64,000 bases of DNA, taken from sequence record SRR31156797_535, one strand, 5' to 3'. Positions 28,349 through 37,708 of the stretch are shown in pieces. The notes below the pieces were generated by a model. That model was given only the letters and a program-made list of their open reading frames with translations, made no database searches and was not told the origin of the DNA. Numbering within the stretch: position 1 is the stretch's first letter; every line of letters starts with the position of its first letter. The position numbers and the translations under genes were made by a program.

Positions 28349-28687
28349 ATGAGTGTTACAGAAAACTATGCAAAGACAAGACAGGGCTTTATGGATTTAG
28401 TCGAAGAAATTGGTCAGAACGGTGAAAGATTCATGAACCACTACGCAAAAACATACGAAAGCAGGCTCTTTGATGAGAAAACAAAGAGGCTGATGGCTAT
28501 GGTCGGTGCGATATCTGCCGGCTGCGACGGGTGCATGATAGGTCAGTGCAGGCGTGCTGTAGAGAATGGTGCATCAAGAGCAGAAGTTATCGAAGCTTGC
28601 GAAGTTGCTCTCTCTCTGGGGGGAACTATGTCAGGCTCAAGAGCCTCTGCGATCGTCCAGTATATGGACGAAAACGGAATTAAGTAA
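28349..28687 (+). CDS. Carboxymuconolactone decarboxylase/AhpD-like protein
   Basis: DEKTKRLMA...GCDGC...GASRAEVIEA; divergent from LysR. Confidence 0.85.
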   Translation: MSVTENYAKTRQGFMDLVEEIGQNGERFMNHYAKTYESRLFDEKTKRLMAMVGAISAGCDGCMIGQCRRAVENGASRAEVIEACEVALSLGGTMSGSRASAIVQYMDENGIK

Positions 28688-28744
28688 ATTTCTAATGGCA
28701 AGATACTTCTTGCGTTTTTCGGTAAACTGCCCATTAATTGAGAG

Positions 28745-29650
28745 ATGGAATTCATAATTCTGCTGACTCAGTCAGTGCTGCCGATATTTATAATTTTAGG
28801 GATGGCGAATGTCTATTACAGGTTTTTCAAACCGGACGTTAAGCAGTTCGTAAACCTCGCTTTATACATATTCGCCCCCTTTGTTATCTTCAACTCACTC
28901 GTCAAAGAGCAGATAGGAGTGGGCGAGCTTAGCAAGTATCTTCTGCTGATGGTTCTTGTCACTGCCACACTTATGCTTATCGGGTTCTTAGGCGGTAAGG
29001 CTCTCAGACTTTCGAAGAACGATGCGACACTTTTTATGCTCAGCGTCTCGATGATAAATATAGGCAATTTTGGCGTTCCGCTCATTTATTTCAACTACGG
29101 CGAAGCGGCAATAAACACATCGATACTGACATTTATCGCATTCAACCTCCCCCTTGTGACAATAGCTATATACATTTGCAGTGAAAAATCTTCGATATTA
29201 GGCGGTTTAAAAGACGTTGTAAAAATTCCGATATTCCACGCCTCATTCATCGCCCTTGCTGTGAATTCTTTTAATATACCAGTACCTGAAACAGTGCTGA
29301 AGCTCTCGAGCTTTCTCGGTCAGGCAACATTCCCTTTTCTGATATTCATACTCGGGCTACAGCTTGCTACGATAAAGCTCAACAAACAGATAGCTAAAAC
29401 CGCTCTCGTTTCAGTCTTTGTAAGGCTGGGTGTTTCGCCGTTCATAGCGGCTGGTTTTCTCTCGCTGCTCGCTTTTGAGGGTCTCGACAGGTCTGTTGTT
29501 CTTGTTCAGATATCAGGTCCGTCGGCACTTCTGCCACTTATGTATGCTGTAATGTTCGGACGTAAGTCAGATTTGCTCGCCGCCGCAATACTGCTGAGCA
29601 CTGCGATATCAGCCATCACCCTGCCGATAGTGATACATTTCGCCGGCTAA
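28745..29650 (+). CDS. AEC family transporter
   Basis: About 10 TM helices, NIGNFGVPL and terminal LSTAISAITLP. Confidence 0.88.
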   Translation: MEFIILLTQSVLPIFIILGMANVYYRFFKPDVKQFVNLALYIFAPFVIFNSLVKEQIGVGELSKYLLLMVLVTATLMLIGFLGGKALRLSKNDATLFMLSVSMINIGNFGVPLIYFNYGEAAINTSILTFIAFNLPLVTIAIYICSEKSSILGGLKDVVKIPIFHASFIALAVNSFNIPVPETVLKLSSFLGQATFPFLIFILGLQLATIKLNKQIAKTALVSVFVRLGVSPFIAAGFLSLLAFEGLDRSVVLVQISGPSALLPLMYAVMFGRKSDLLAAAILLSTAISAITLPIVIHFAG

Positions 29651-29985
29651 GCTTCGTTTAAGCAGTCCATGCAGACCGTGCTTTCCGGTGCGATTTTAAG
29701 TCTCTTTTCCGGAATGTCCTCTTCGCAAACAGTGCATAAGCCAAATGTGCCACGACTGATTCTCAGAAGCGCACCCTCAAGCCTCTGCAAACGCAGCTTC
29801 TTATTCTTAAGGTTAGATTCACTAATGCTCTTCGCCTGAATAGCTTCCATCCGGCTAAGTCTGCCGATGGCTGTATCCGGCTCTATAGGCTTTACAGAGT
29901 CCGCCATAGATTTTATAGTGCCCTTAAGGGATTTAATCTCTTTCTCTATAAGCTCTTTATACTCTGCAAGTTCTTTATCTGTCAT
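29647..29985 (-). CDS. DksA/TraR C4 zinc-finger protein (non-canonical tip)
   Basis: GTFGLCTVCEEDIPEKRL...VCMDC; coiled-coil tip is IGRLSRMEA rather than DxxDxA. Confidence 0.85.
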   Translation of the reverse strand: MTDKELAEYKELIEKEIKSLKGTIKSMADSVKPIEPDTAIGRLSRMEAIQAKSISESNLKNKKLRLQRLEGALLRISRGTFGLCTVCEEDIPEKRLKIAPESTVCMDCLNEA

Positions 29986-30635
29986 ACAATACTCTTAGAC
30001 ATACCGAGCGACCCTTTGAAACCGCTAAGAAGTGTTCTGTTCTTTCTATTGATCTTTTTCACAAGCTCGTCAGAGTATCTCATCATCTCCTCACGGTTCT
30101 CTGCAACATAGTTGAGAAAGCCGGACTCAAGGATGAAATCAGCCTCAAACACATTCCCTGTGAGGAAAAATCTGCTGGCGTATCCACTCTTCATCTGGCG
30201 TGTTACCGACTGAGTTCCGCCGAAACCTGTGATGATGCCGAGTTTTGTCCCCGGGTGTGCAAACTTGCTCCCTTTTGTCGCTATTCTAAAATCTGCCGCC
30301 GAGGCGAAATCCATCCCTCCACCCATACAGAAACCGTCTATCTCAGCCACAACTATCTGTGGGCAAGTGCGCATCAGTCCGAAGAGAGTATTACCAAGCC
30401 TTGAAAACCATTTCGCATCAAAACCGGTATAGGTGTGCAACGTCTTAAGGTCAGCCCCAACAGCGAAACATCCACCGTGACCGGATATCCTTATAACCTT
30501 CGCAGGACTCTCCTGTAGCTTTCTCATAGCAGAGATAAGTTCTTTTAGTGTCGGCACATCAAGCAGTGTGAACTGCCCCTCAGGAGGTGTCATATTTATG
30601 TGGGCTGTCAGCCCGTCAACTTTTGTTTCTATCAT
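29982..30635 (-). CDS. Enoyl-CoA hydratase/isomerase family protein (catalytic Glu residues absent, C-terminally short)
   Basis: FAVGADL, GFCMGGGMDF and FAHPGTKLGI. Confidence 0.85.
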   Translation of the reverse strand: MIETKVDGLTAHINMTPPEGQFTLLDVPTLKELISAMRKLQESPAKVIRISGHGGCFAVGADLKTLHTYTGFDAKWFSRLGNTLFGLMRTCPQIVVAEIDGFCMGGGMDFASAADFRIATKGSKFAHPGTKLGIITGFGGTQSVTRQMKSGYASRFFLTGNVFEADFILESGFLNYVAENREEMMRYSDELVKKINRKNRTLLSGFKGSLGMSKSIV

Positions 30636-30636
30636 A

Positions 30637-31437
30637 TCAGAACCTGTAATCTTCCCATCTGTCTTTAAAATCCGCAGGACGTTTCTCTATAAATGCTTTT
30701 GTCCCTTCATTTTTATCATGCGTGCTGAATGAAAAGGTGAAAGCGTTCTGCTCCAGAAGGAGTGCCTTATCAAAGTCCATATCTATAGAGTTATTAATAG
30801 TCTCTTTAGCAAGCCCGATAGCGAATGAGCTACGCTTAGCGATCAAACTGCAAAACTCTTCGCTTCGCTTAATCATAGCATCACTATCAGCGAAAACCTT
30901 TGTGATTATACCTTTTTCGAAAAGCTCATCCGGCGCAACCGACTCACCAGTGAATACAAGATATTTCACAAATGTTTCGAATATTTTACGTGTGGCAAGC
31001 TGTGTTCCGCCGAAGCCCGGCATAAACCCTGACTCTGTCTCAGGGAAAGCGAAACGGCTCTTGCTCGTAGCAAAAACAAGGTCGCAGGCGAGCGCCAGCT
31101 CAAAAGCAGGTCCGAAACAATCACCATCTATAAGTATCATAACAGGCTTCTTCATCGACCTTATAAGGCTGACAATCCTCTGTCCACGGAGGTTATAGTG
31201 CTTAGCCTCCACATGGTCAAGCCCATCAAGCTTCTCTATATTATGACCACGAGAGAACAGCCCCTCCTGACCGCTTTTTATCAACACTACATCAGCACCC
31301 TTTTCACCCTCTGCCTCAGTGAGAGCTTCGTAAAGCCCGTCCATCATGTCCGAGCAGAATAGATTACCGCTGACCGGGCAATCGAGAGTAATACTAAAAG
31401 TTTTATTTAAAACCTCAGTTGCAACTACTTTTTCCAT
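30637..31437 (-). CDS. Enoyl-CoA hydratase/isomerase family protein
   Basis: CFGPAFELALACD, FAFPE, and EGTKAFIEKRPADF. Confidence 0.88.
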   Translation of the reverse strand: MEKVVATEVLNKTFSITLDCPVSGNLFCSDMMDGLYEALTEAEGEKGADVVLIKSGQEGLFSRGHNIEKLDGLDHVEAKHYNLRGQRIVSLIRSMKKPVMILIDGDCFGPAFELALACDLVFATSKSRFAFPETESGFMPGFGGTQLATRKIFETFVKYLVFTGESVAPDELFEKGIITKVFADSDAMIKRSEEFCSLIAKRSSFAIGLAKETINNSIDMDFDKALLLEQNAFTFSFSTHDKNEGTKAFIEKRPADFKDRWEDYRF

Positions 31438-31439
31438 AA

Positions 31440-31727
31440 TTAAATCCTCGTAAAAATAACAACAGTAAGAAATATAATAATCATCAGGCAGTAAACCCCG
31501 TATTTAGCAGGTTTCGCCATGATGTAATAGACAGCAAGATATAACAGAATAACCATAGGTGTTGCGATAATAAGTATCGTACCTATATACATAAGCTTTT
31601 CTCCGTTAAGAGATAACAGAGGAACCGGCACTCCGAGCATGGAGACCAGCACACCGGCAAACATAATAATAAGACCAACCGCAAGACCAGTACGCATTAT
31701 CTTTGAAATGGCTAGTTCAGGCATCAT
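31440..31727 (-). CDS. DUF1634-like small membrane protein
   Basis: ISKIMRTG...GTILIIATP, three TM helices; the usual partner of TauE. Confidence 0.65.
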   Translation of the reverse strand: MMPELAISKIMRTGLAVGLIIMFAGVLVSMLGVPVPLLSLNGEKLMYIGTILIIATPMVILLYLAVYYIMAKPAKYGVYCLMIIIFLTVVIFTRI

Positions 31728-32548
31728 CCGTGCACCGCCTTATAAACCATCTGTAGGGCTACGAAAATAACAAACATAACAAACAGCATCTTTATATTTT
31801 TATTCTGAACCTTAGCAAGCCTTCCCGTTGCGAATTTGGAACCGGCAAAAACACCTATAACCATAGCACCAGTTGCAGCAGGGTGGAACAGACCGCTCAT
31901 AAGATAAGGAACAGCGCCAGCCGCCGCAGTGAAACAGATCATAAAATTACTTGTGGCTGTTGCCGCCTTTATAGGAACTTTTGAGATAATATTCATCGCA
32001 GGAACCTTGAAAAGACCGCCGCCAAGACCGAGCATACCCGCTGTTATACCAGCGAAGAAAGCTATCGACATAGTCTTATTAGGATTTACCACTTTATAAT
32101 ATCTGAGCTCCCCCGTACTCGCATCGAGAAATGATTTATCAAACTCACCCTCTTCGTCCGGCTTATCAGGAGTTGATGTATCGACCTCTGATTTCTTCCA
32201 CATAATATATGCTGTGAGGAACATCACTCCGGCAAAAATGATAGCTAAGGTTTTCTCGCTGATATTAACACTGGCGAAACCACCGGATACAGCACCAAGT
32301 ATCGCCGCTGATTCCATAAACAGAGCTAAGCGGATGTTGACCATATTCTTAAGCAGATTGACAGAAGTTATACTGAGACTGGATGCGACTATCACCACAA
32401 GGGAAACTGCTACAGCTTCGTGAACAGGATAGCCGAAAAATACCGCAAGTACAGGAACAATAAGTGCTCCGCCGCCTATCCCAAGAAGATACGCAAGTAT
32501 CGCCGAGATAAAACCGAGCGCAAGCAAACCGATTAGTTCAATCCCCAC
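31724..32548 (-). CDS. TauE/SafE sulfite exporter family
   Basis: LGIGGGALIVP, GMLGLGGG and AATATSNF. Confidence 0.9.
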   Translation of the reverse strand: MGIELIGLLALGFISAILAYLLGIGGGALIVPVLAVFFGYPVHEAVAVSLVVIVASSLSITSVNLLKNMVNIRLALFMESAAILGAVSGGFASVNISEKTLAIIFAGVMFLTAYIMWKKSEVDTSTPDKPDEEGEFDKSFLDASTGELRYYKVVNPNKTMSIAFFAGITAGMLGLGGGLFKVPAMNIISKVPIKAATATSNFMICFTAAAGAVPYLMSGLFHPAATGAMVIGVFAGSKFATGRLAKVQNKNIKMLFVMFVIFVALQMVYKAVHG

Positions 32549-32584
32549 TAAAATAACTCCCTAAAATAACATAAATACAGGTTA

Positions 32585-33448
32585 CTACTTTTTGCTCGTC
32601 AGATAAACCCCGAAACCGACAGTACACATACTAATTATATCTATCACCGTTATCACCTCACCCAAGAGGATAAAAGCGAGCAGTCCGGAAAAAACCGGAA
32701 TACTGTAGTAAACAGCGCCAGATTTTGCCGCCCCGATGCTCACAACAGCTCTATTCCATGCCATAAATGCAACAAACGATGCAAATATACCAACATATAT
32801 AAAACTTGCGACCTGACTAAAACCGAAAACCACAGGGGCAAAATAAATCTCCTGAACTATATAAAGAGGCAGAAGCATCAGGAAACCTGCGTGAAAAGTG
32901 TAAAAGACCATAGTATTAATGGTTATCTCAACAGGTTTGCGTCTGACAAGTATCGTATAAACAGCGAAAACACCCGCAGCGGCGAGCATTATAAAATCGC
33001 CTTCGGCTATCTGCATATCAAGAAGTTTCTGCGGAGAAGCATCTGTTATAAGGCTCACAAGCCCGGCATTTGCGATAATAAAGCCTAATAAATTTACTTT
33101 ACTCAGCCTTTCACCTGTAAAAAGTGTAATCACAAGGATAAATATAGGAAGTGTCGTTGATATTACGGAGATATTAAATGCTGTTGTTGTGTGCGCAGCC
33201 CAATAGAGCATAGTGTTAAACATCGCAACGCCAAGCAGAGCTAAAACTGTAAGATATTTCCAGTGTTTTTTAACCGCAGGAATATTTCTCCTAAATGCGG
33301 GGTAAGTTGCGGGGAAACAAATGATAAGAGCAACTGTCCACCGCCAGAACGATACGCCCACTGGTGGAACTGTCTCCGCCAGAAACCTAGCCGCAACAGC
33401 ATTACCAGACCATAAGACAGTCGCTAATAAAGCGTATAAATATCCCAA
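32585..33448 (-). CDS. DMT/EamA family transporter
   Basis: LWSGNAVAAR, FWRW and about 10 TM helices. Confidence 0.9.
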   Translation of the reverse strand: MGYLYALLATVLWSGNAVAARFLAETVPPVGVSFWRWTVALIICFPATYPAFRRNIPAVKKHWKYLTVLALLGVAMFNTMLYWAAHTTTAFNISVISTTLPIFILVITLFTGERLSKVNLLGFIIANAGLVSLITDASPQKLLDMQIAEGDFIMLAAAGVFAVYTILVRRKPVEITINTMVFYTFHAGFLMLLPLYIVQEIYFAPVVFGFSQVASFIYVGIFASFVAFMAWNRAVVSIGAAKSGAVYYSIPVFSGLLAFILLGEVITVIDIISMCTVGFGVYLTSKK

Positions 33449-33582
33449 TCCACCACTCCGTCAGGCGCATAAAATGTGCCGAAAGTATTTGGAAGCACAA
33501 AAAGTCCTCTCTTATCCCGCTTTAAACTGCAAGTTTATTGACTTTTTATGATATCTCGTTATATTCGCATAAAAGAATAAGG

Positions 33583-34641
33583 ATGGCGACATTGAAAGTA
33601 TTATTTTTTAACCCTTCATATCTTGGTGATTCTGTTCTGACTACCCCGCTTATTAAAGCTGTCAGAAAAAAGCTTCCGGACAGTCACATATCTTTCTGTG
33701 TCAGACCTGAGAATGCTCCCCTTTTCGAAGGGTTAGACTTCATTGATGAAGTGATTGTTTTTGACAAAAGAGGCAAAGAGAAAGGGTTAGGCGGCATACG
33801 TTCGTTCGCCAAAAAGATAAGAGAGCAAAATTTTGATCTCGTTTTCTCACCGCATATGTCCTTTCGCACAAGTGCTGTGCTGCTTCTCTCTCACATCCCT
33901 GAGCGTGTCGGTTTCGTAGAATCCGCGCTCTCCCTCGCATACACTGAGAGCTGTGCAAAAGACCTCACCTACCACGAAGTTGACAGATATCTCCTCCTCT
34001 ACGATCGTCATTTTAATGAATTCCCTGATGCATTCATCATGCCGGAAGTATATCTCGATAAAGAGCTGGCTGAAAAATATAAAGCAGAACTCCCTGGCAA
34101 GCTTGTCGGTATAAACGCCGGAAGTGTCTGGAAGACTAAAAAGTGGCCGGCAGAGAAGTTCGCTGCGGTCGCTGATAAGCTTAAAGATAAAGGTTTTACG
34201 CCAGTCATTATAGGTTCAGATGAAGACAGAGCTGATGTTGAAAAACTGAAAGCCGCTGCAAAATATGAGCATATAGACTACAGTGGGAAAACCACCCTGA
34301 GGGAGCTACCTGCACTCATATCCAATTTCGAATATCTCGTCACAAACGACTCAGGACCTATGCACATTGCTACTTCATGCGATGTACCCTGTGTTGCTAT
34401 ATTCGGTCCGACAGTGAAAGAGCTCGGTTTTACACCTTATGATGAAAAATCTAAAATCGCAGAGATAGAAGGTCTCGACTGTCGCCCGTGTGGCAAACAT
34501 GGCGGCGAGAAATGCCACAAAGGTCACTTCAAATGTATGAATGAGATATCCCCAGATGATGTTATGACACTATTTGAAACTGTCTCTAAGGTTGAAGTAA
34601 AAAGAACTCCTAGATATAAAACTGAGCTGGTAGAAGATTAG
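33583..34641 (+). CDS. LPS heptosyltransferase (GT9, WaaF-like)
   Basis: YLGDSVLTTP, KKWP, NDSGPMHIA and FGPT. Confidence 0.9.
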   Translation: MATLKVLFFNPSYLGDSVLTTPLIKAVRKKLPDSHISFCVRPENAPLFEGLDFIDEVIVFDKRGKEKGLGGIRSFAKKIREQNFDLVFSPHMSFRTSAVLLLSHIPERVGFVESALSLAYTESCAKDLTYHEVDRYLLLYDRHFNEFPDAFIMPEVYLDKELAEKYKAELPGKLVGINAGSVWKTKKWPAEKFAAVADKLKDKGFTPVIIGSDEDRADVEKLKAAAKYEHIDYSGKTTLRELPALISNFEYLVTNDSGPMHIATSCDVPCVAIFGPTVKELGFTPYDEKSKIAEIEGLDCRPCGKHGGEKCHKGHFKCMNEISPDDVMTLFETVSKVEVKRTPRYKTELVED

Positions 34642-35586
34642 ATGAAAATCCTCTTTCTGCGTTTCAGCTCATTCGGCGATGTGATACTCACAACCGGAAT
34701 AATGAACTATGTCGCTAAAAAGCTCCCCGAAGCTGAGATAGATATATTTACTTTCCGTCAGTACCTGCCGATCTTTGACAACCTGCCGTTTGTGCATAAT
34801 GTAATCGATTATGAAAAGGCGAAAGGCTTGAAAGAGTTCCTCTACCTTGTTCAGCAGGAGACGGAAGAGCACGACTACATCTTTGACCTGCACGGAAAAA
34901 TCAGATCAAAGTTTCTTAAATTCCACGCACAGGGCGACTATCACTGCTATAAGAAAGACTCAAAAGCGAGACGTGCCTACGTGAAAAAGCGGAGAGAAGA
35001 CCCTCGTCTTGAGATGCACGTTGTTCAGAAATATTTTGAAACAGTAACAAAACCTCTCGGGCTTGAAATGCCTGATATAGAAGAGCTCAGACCTACTCTG
35101 GTCAGGCATATAGAGCGTGACACCAGTAAGGTTTTCATACATCCCTTTGCTAGTAAAAAAACTAAAGCTTACCCTTTCGCCGCTGAGCTCGCAGAAGAGC
35201 TGATTGCTAAAGGGAAAACCCCTGTTTTCGCCGGGATAGGCGAAGCCCCGCAGATGAGCGGCATAATAGATGAAACGGGCGAAAAATCACTATCTGGTAT
35301 GCTCGATACTATTGCCGGTTGCGGAAGCTGCGTATCTACTGACTCAGGTCCTATGCACGCAGCGATAGGTTTAAACCTGCCGACGGTGGGCGTTTTCGGC
35401 TCAACTACAAAGCATTTCGGTTTCTATCCGTCATTTAATAAATGCGCTGTTTTAGAGGATAATTCTTTAGATTGCAGACCTTGTGATGTCCACGGTCTTG
35501 ATGATTGTCCGAAGGGACATTTTAATTGTATGAAGAATCTTCAGCCAGAGCTTGCAGTACAGCTTCTGTCTCAAGTTTCGGAATAA
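34642..35586 (+). CDS. Glycosyltransferase family 9
   Basis: RFSSFGDVIL, DLHG, DSGPMHAA and FGST. Confidence 0.88.
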   Translation: MKILFLRFSSFGDVILTTGIMNYVAKKLPEAEIDIFTFRQYLPIFDNLPFVHNVIDYEKAKGLKEFLYLVQQETEEHDYIFDLHGKIRSKFLKFHAQGDYHCYKKDSKARRAYVKKRREDPRLEMHVVQKYFETVTKPLGLEMPDIEELRPTLVRHIERDTSKVFIHPFASKKTKAYPFAAELAEELIAKGKTPVFAGIGEAPQMSGIIDETGEKSLSGMLDTIAGCGSCVSTDSGPMHAAIGLNLPTVGVFGSTTKHFGFYPSFNKCAVLEDNSLDCRPCDVHGLDDCPKGHFNCMKNLQPELAVQLLSQVSE

Positions 35587-36844
35587 TAATAATATATAAA
35601 TCGTTGATGTTCGTACCCGTTAGTCCGGTCTTTAAAAGGCTATCTTCCCTATTGAAAAAATTATAAGCGTCATTATTAAGTGCGGATTCCTCAGCACCCT
35701 CCGGGTCGATATAGTCATCTGTGAATGCTCCAGCCGCATCCGTATCACCATCCATCCCGTCAGTTGATGCACTCAGAGAGTAGATTCCAACAGGTTTCTC
35801 TGTAATGAGAAACTCAAGTGCGAGCTGTTGACACCTGCCACCTTTGCCGTCTCCTGTCACATTAACCGTAACCTCTCCGCCGAAGATCATACACACAGGA
35901 TCACCCGTTGCGTGCATAAGGTTTTCTGCCACCCTGCCAGCCATGATATCCGCCGCTTCCGTAACATCACAGTCGAGCTGACCATAGATACGAACCTTAT
36001 AGCCCATCATATGCGCCATATCACCAGCAGTCTTTATGCCGCCAAGGTTTGAGCCGAGAGTGTTGTATTTATATTCTGATCGATTTCTTTTGACTGTCTC
36101 GGGTAATTCGCCCGCCTCACCCATTTCGATCACTTCCATAACTTTTGGAGGAATTTTGTTTAGCAGTCCATACCTCGCAACCACCTCAGCGACATCTTTC
36201 CATGTTGTATGGTCGCAATATGTCGGTCCGGATGCTATCGCCTCAGGAGCACCTGAAAGCACATCAGAGAGAGCGAGTGTCACACACTGAGCCGGAAGTG
36301 CCGCCTCAGCCAGCCTGCCACCTTTAACAGCGGAAATATGCCTGCGAACAGTATTCACGTCCTCAACACAAGCACCAGATTTTATCAGCAGGTTGAAGGT
36401 TATCTTTTTATCTTCCGGTGAAATGCCGTACGCCGGAGCAGACAAGATCGCCGAGCCTCCGCCAGAGACAAGAAATACGCATAAGGTATCCTTATCCGCT
36501 TCACCAGCGAGCTTGAGCATCGCCTCAGAGCCTTTCAGACTGCCTTCATCCGGAAGAGGATGCCCGCCCTTTATAACGGTTATATTCTCAGGGAATTTTT
36601 CTACTTTATTCGAGACAACAACGCCCCTGTCTACATCGCAGACAGATAAAAAACCTTTCGCCATACCGCAAGCCGCCTTACCAAAAGCGAACAAGAATAC
36701 CTTCTCCGGTGTGAAAGCGTGCTCGGAATCGACTATTAAGCTCCCGTCCTCAACAAGAACACGGCTGCGCACCAGATGCTCAGGGTCGGCATATGACACG
36801 GCAGACATAAAAATTCTTTCGAGGTCACTACGGTAGTCTCTCAT
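35522..36844 (-). CDS. Glycerate kinase type 2 (MOFRL/TtuD family)
   Basis: GKAA, GHPLPD, SGGGSA, VKGGRL, IASGPT, GGE, TDGMDG and TGTNIND. Confidence 0.9.
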   Translation of the reverse strand: MRDYRSDLERIFMSAVSYADPEHLVRSRVLVEDGSLIVDSEHAFTPEKVFLFAFGKAACGMAKGFLSVCDVDRGVVVSNKVEKFPENITVIKGGHPLPDEGSLKGSEAMLKLAGEADKDTLCVFLVSGGGSAILSAPAYGISPEDKKITFNLLIKSGACVEDVNTVRRHISAVKGGRLAEAALPAQCVTLALSDVLSGAPEAIASGPTYCDHTTWKDVAEVVARYGLLNKIPPKVMEVIEMGEAGELPETVKRNRSEYKYNTLGSNLGGIKTAGDMAHMMGYKVRIYGQLDCDVTEAADIMAGRVAENLMHATGDPVCMIFGGEVTVNVTGDGKGGRCQQLALEFLITEKPVGIYSLSASTDGMDGDTDAAGAFTDDYIDPEGAEESALNNDAYNFFNREDSLLKTGLTGTNINDLYIIIIPKLETEAVLQALAEDSSYN

Positions 36845-37506
36845 AGTCCGGTTTTCTTCCTCAGCTTCATTAAGCTTTTAAGGTTGTCATCTATCATCTT
36901 AAAATCAATCATATCATCGCCAGTACGGAAATACTCCTCAGCAGCATCGTATTCCATGCGGATGTTCATCGCTATCACGCCGAGATTATTCCACGCAAGA
37001 AAGTTAGACGGATCCTTCTCCACACCTTCGAGATAAAGCTTTTCAGCCTCGTCATATTTCTTCTCTGACATGTAGAAATCCGCTTCCTCAAAAATCTTTA
37101 CAGCGTAAAGCGCATCAGTAAAAGATTTATCGCTGGAGCATAGCCCCATCTTTCTTGTCATAAGGTTTTTCTCCTTATCAGACGATGCCTGAACTTTTGC
37201 CAGCTTAAAAAACTTCTGGGCGTTCTCTTTATCCTTTTTGTGCCAGTAGATATCCGCCAGAGCACGACAGACCTCATAGGTATCGCCTATCCTCGCCCTC
37301 TCTCTTGCGATAAACTTCTCCGCTTCATCGTAATTTCCCATGGAATAATTAACCATACCAAGGTTATAGCTAGTACCTAGCCTGTCCGGCTCGATTGCCA
37401 GAACCTTGCGGAAAAACTTATCAGCTTTTGCAAATTTTGAGAGGGTATAACTTTTGAAGGCGACACGCTCATAGGTGCTCACCATAAATTTATCTATTAT
37501 GTTCAT
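36841..37506 (-). CDS. TPR-repeat protein
   Basis: YNLG..Y..G.YDEA and AWNNLG repeats. Confidence 0.85.
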   Translation of the reverse strand: MNIIDKFMVSTYERVAFKSYTLSKFAKADKFFRKVLAIEPDRLGTSYNLGMVNYSMGNYDEAEKFIARERARIGDTYEVCRALADIYWHKKDKENAQKFFKLAKVQASSDKEKNLMTRKMGLCSSDKSFTDALYAVKIFEEADFYMSEKKYDEAEKLYLEGVEKDPSNFLAWNNLGVIAMNIRMEYDAAEEYFRTGDDMIDFKMIDDNLKSLMKLRKKTGL

Positions 37507-37512
37507 ACAGAT

Positions 37513-37541
37513 AAATTACCCTTAACTCCGCCACTGGTCAA
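37513..37541 (-). promoter_or_regulatory. Promoter, leaderless geometry for the TPR gene
   Basis: TTGACC-17bp-TAATTT, 6 nt before the ATG. Confidence 0.55.
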
Positions 37542-37606
37542 ATGAATTGACACATTATCCTATCCATTATATAACCCTGCTAGCGTTTAGCTCCTGTTTT
37601 CGGCTC

Positions 37607-37669
37607 AGTCATTCTGGGTAAAACGAAGAATCTGTTGTTTCAGATCCTTCACTAGCATTCAGGATGACT
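37607..37669. repeat. Palindromic REP-like element (GTCATTCTG...CAGGATGAC type)
   Basis: AGTCATTCTG-ggtaaaac-GAAGAATCTG-ttgttt-CAGATCCTTC-actagcatt-CAGGATGACT nested inverted repeat upstream of tkt. Confidence 0.7.
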
Positions 37670-37708
37670 ATAAAACTGTTAACAATTATATAATATAGAG
37701 GTATAACC

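Noticed and set aside
34470-35530. Shared C-terminal CRPC-x-HG-x-C-x-GH-x-CM motif in both GT9 enzymes as a novelty
   Set aside because: Cys-rich tails of this kind are common in GT9 heptosyltransferases.
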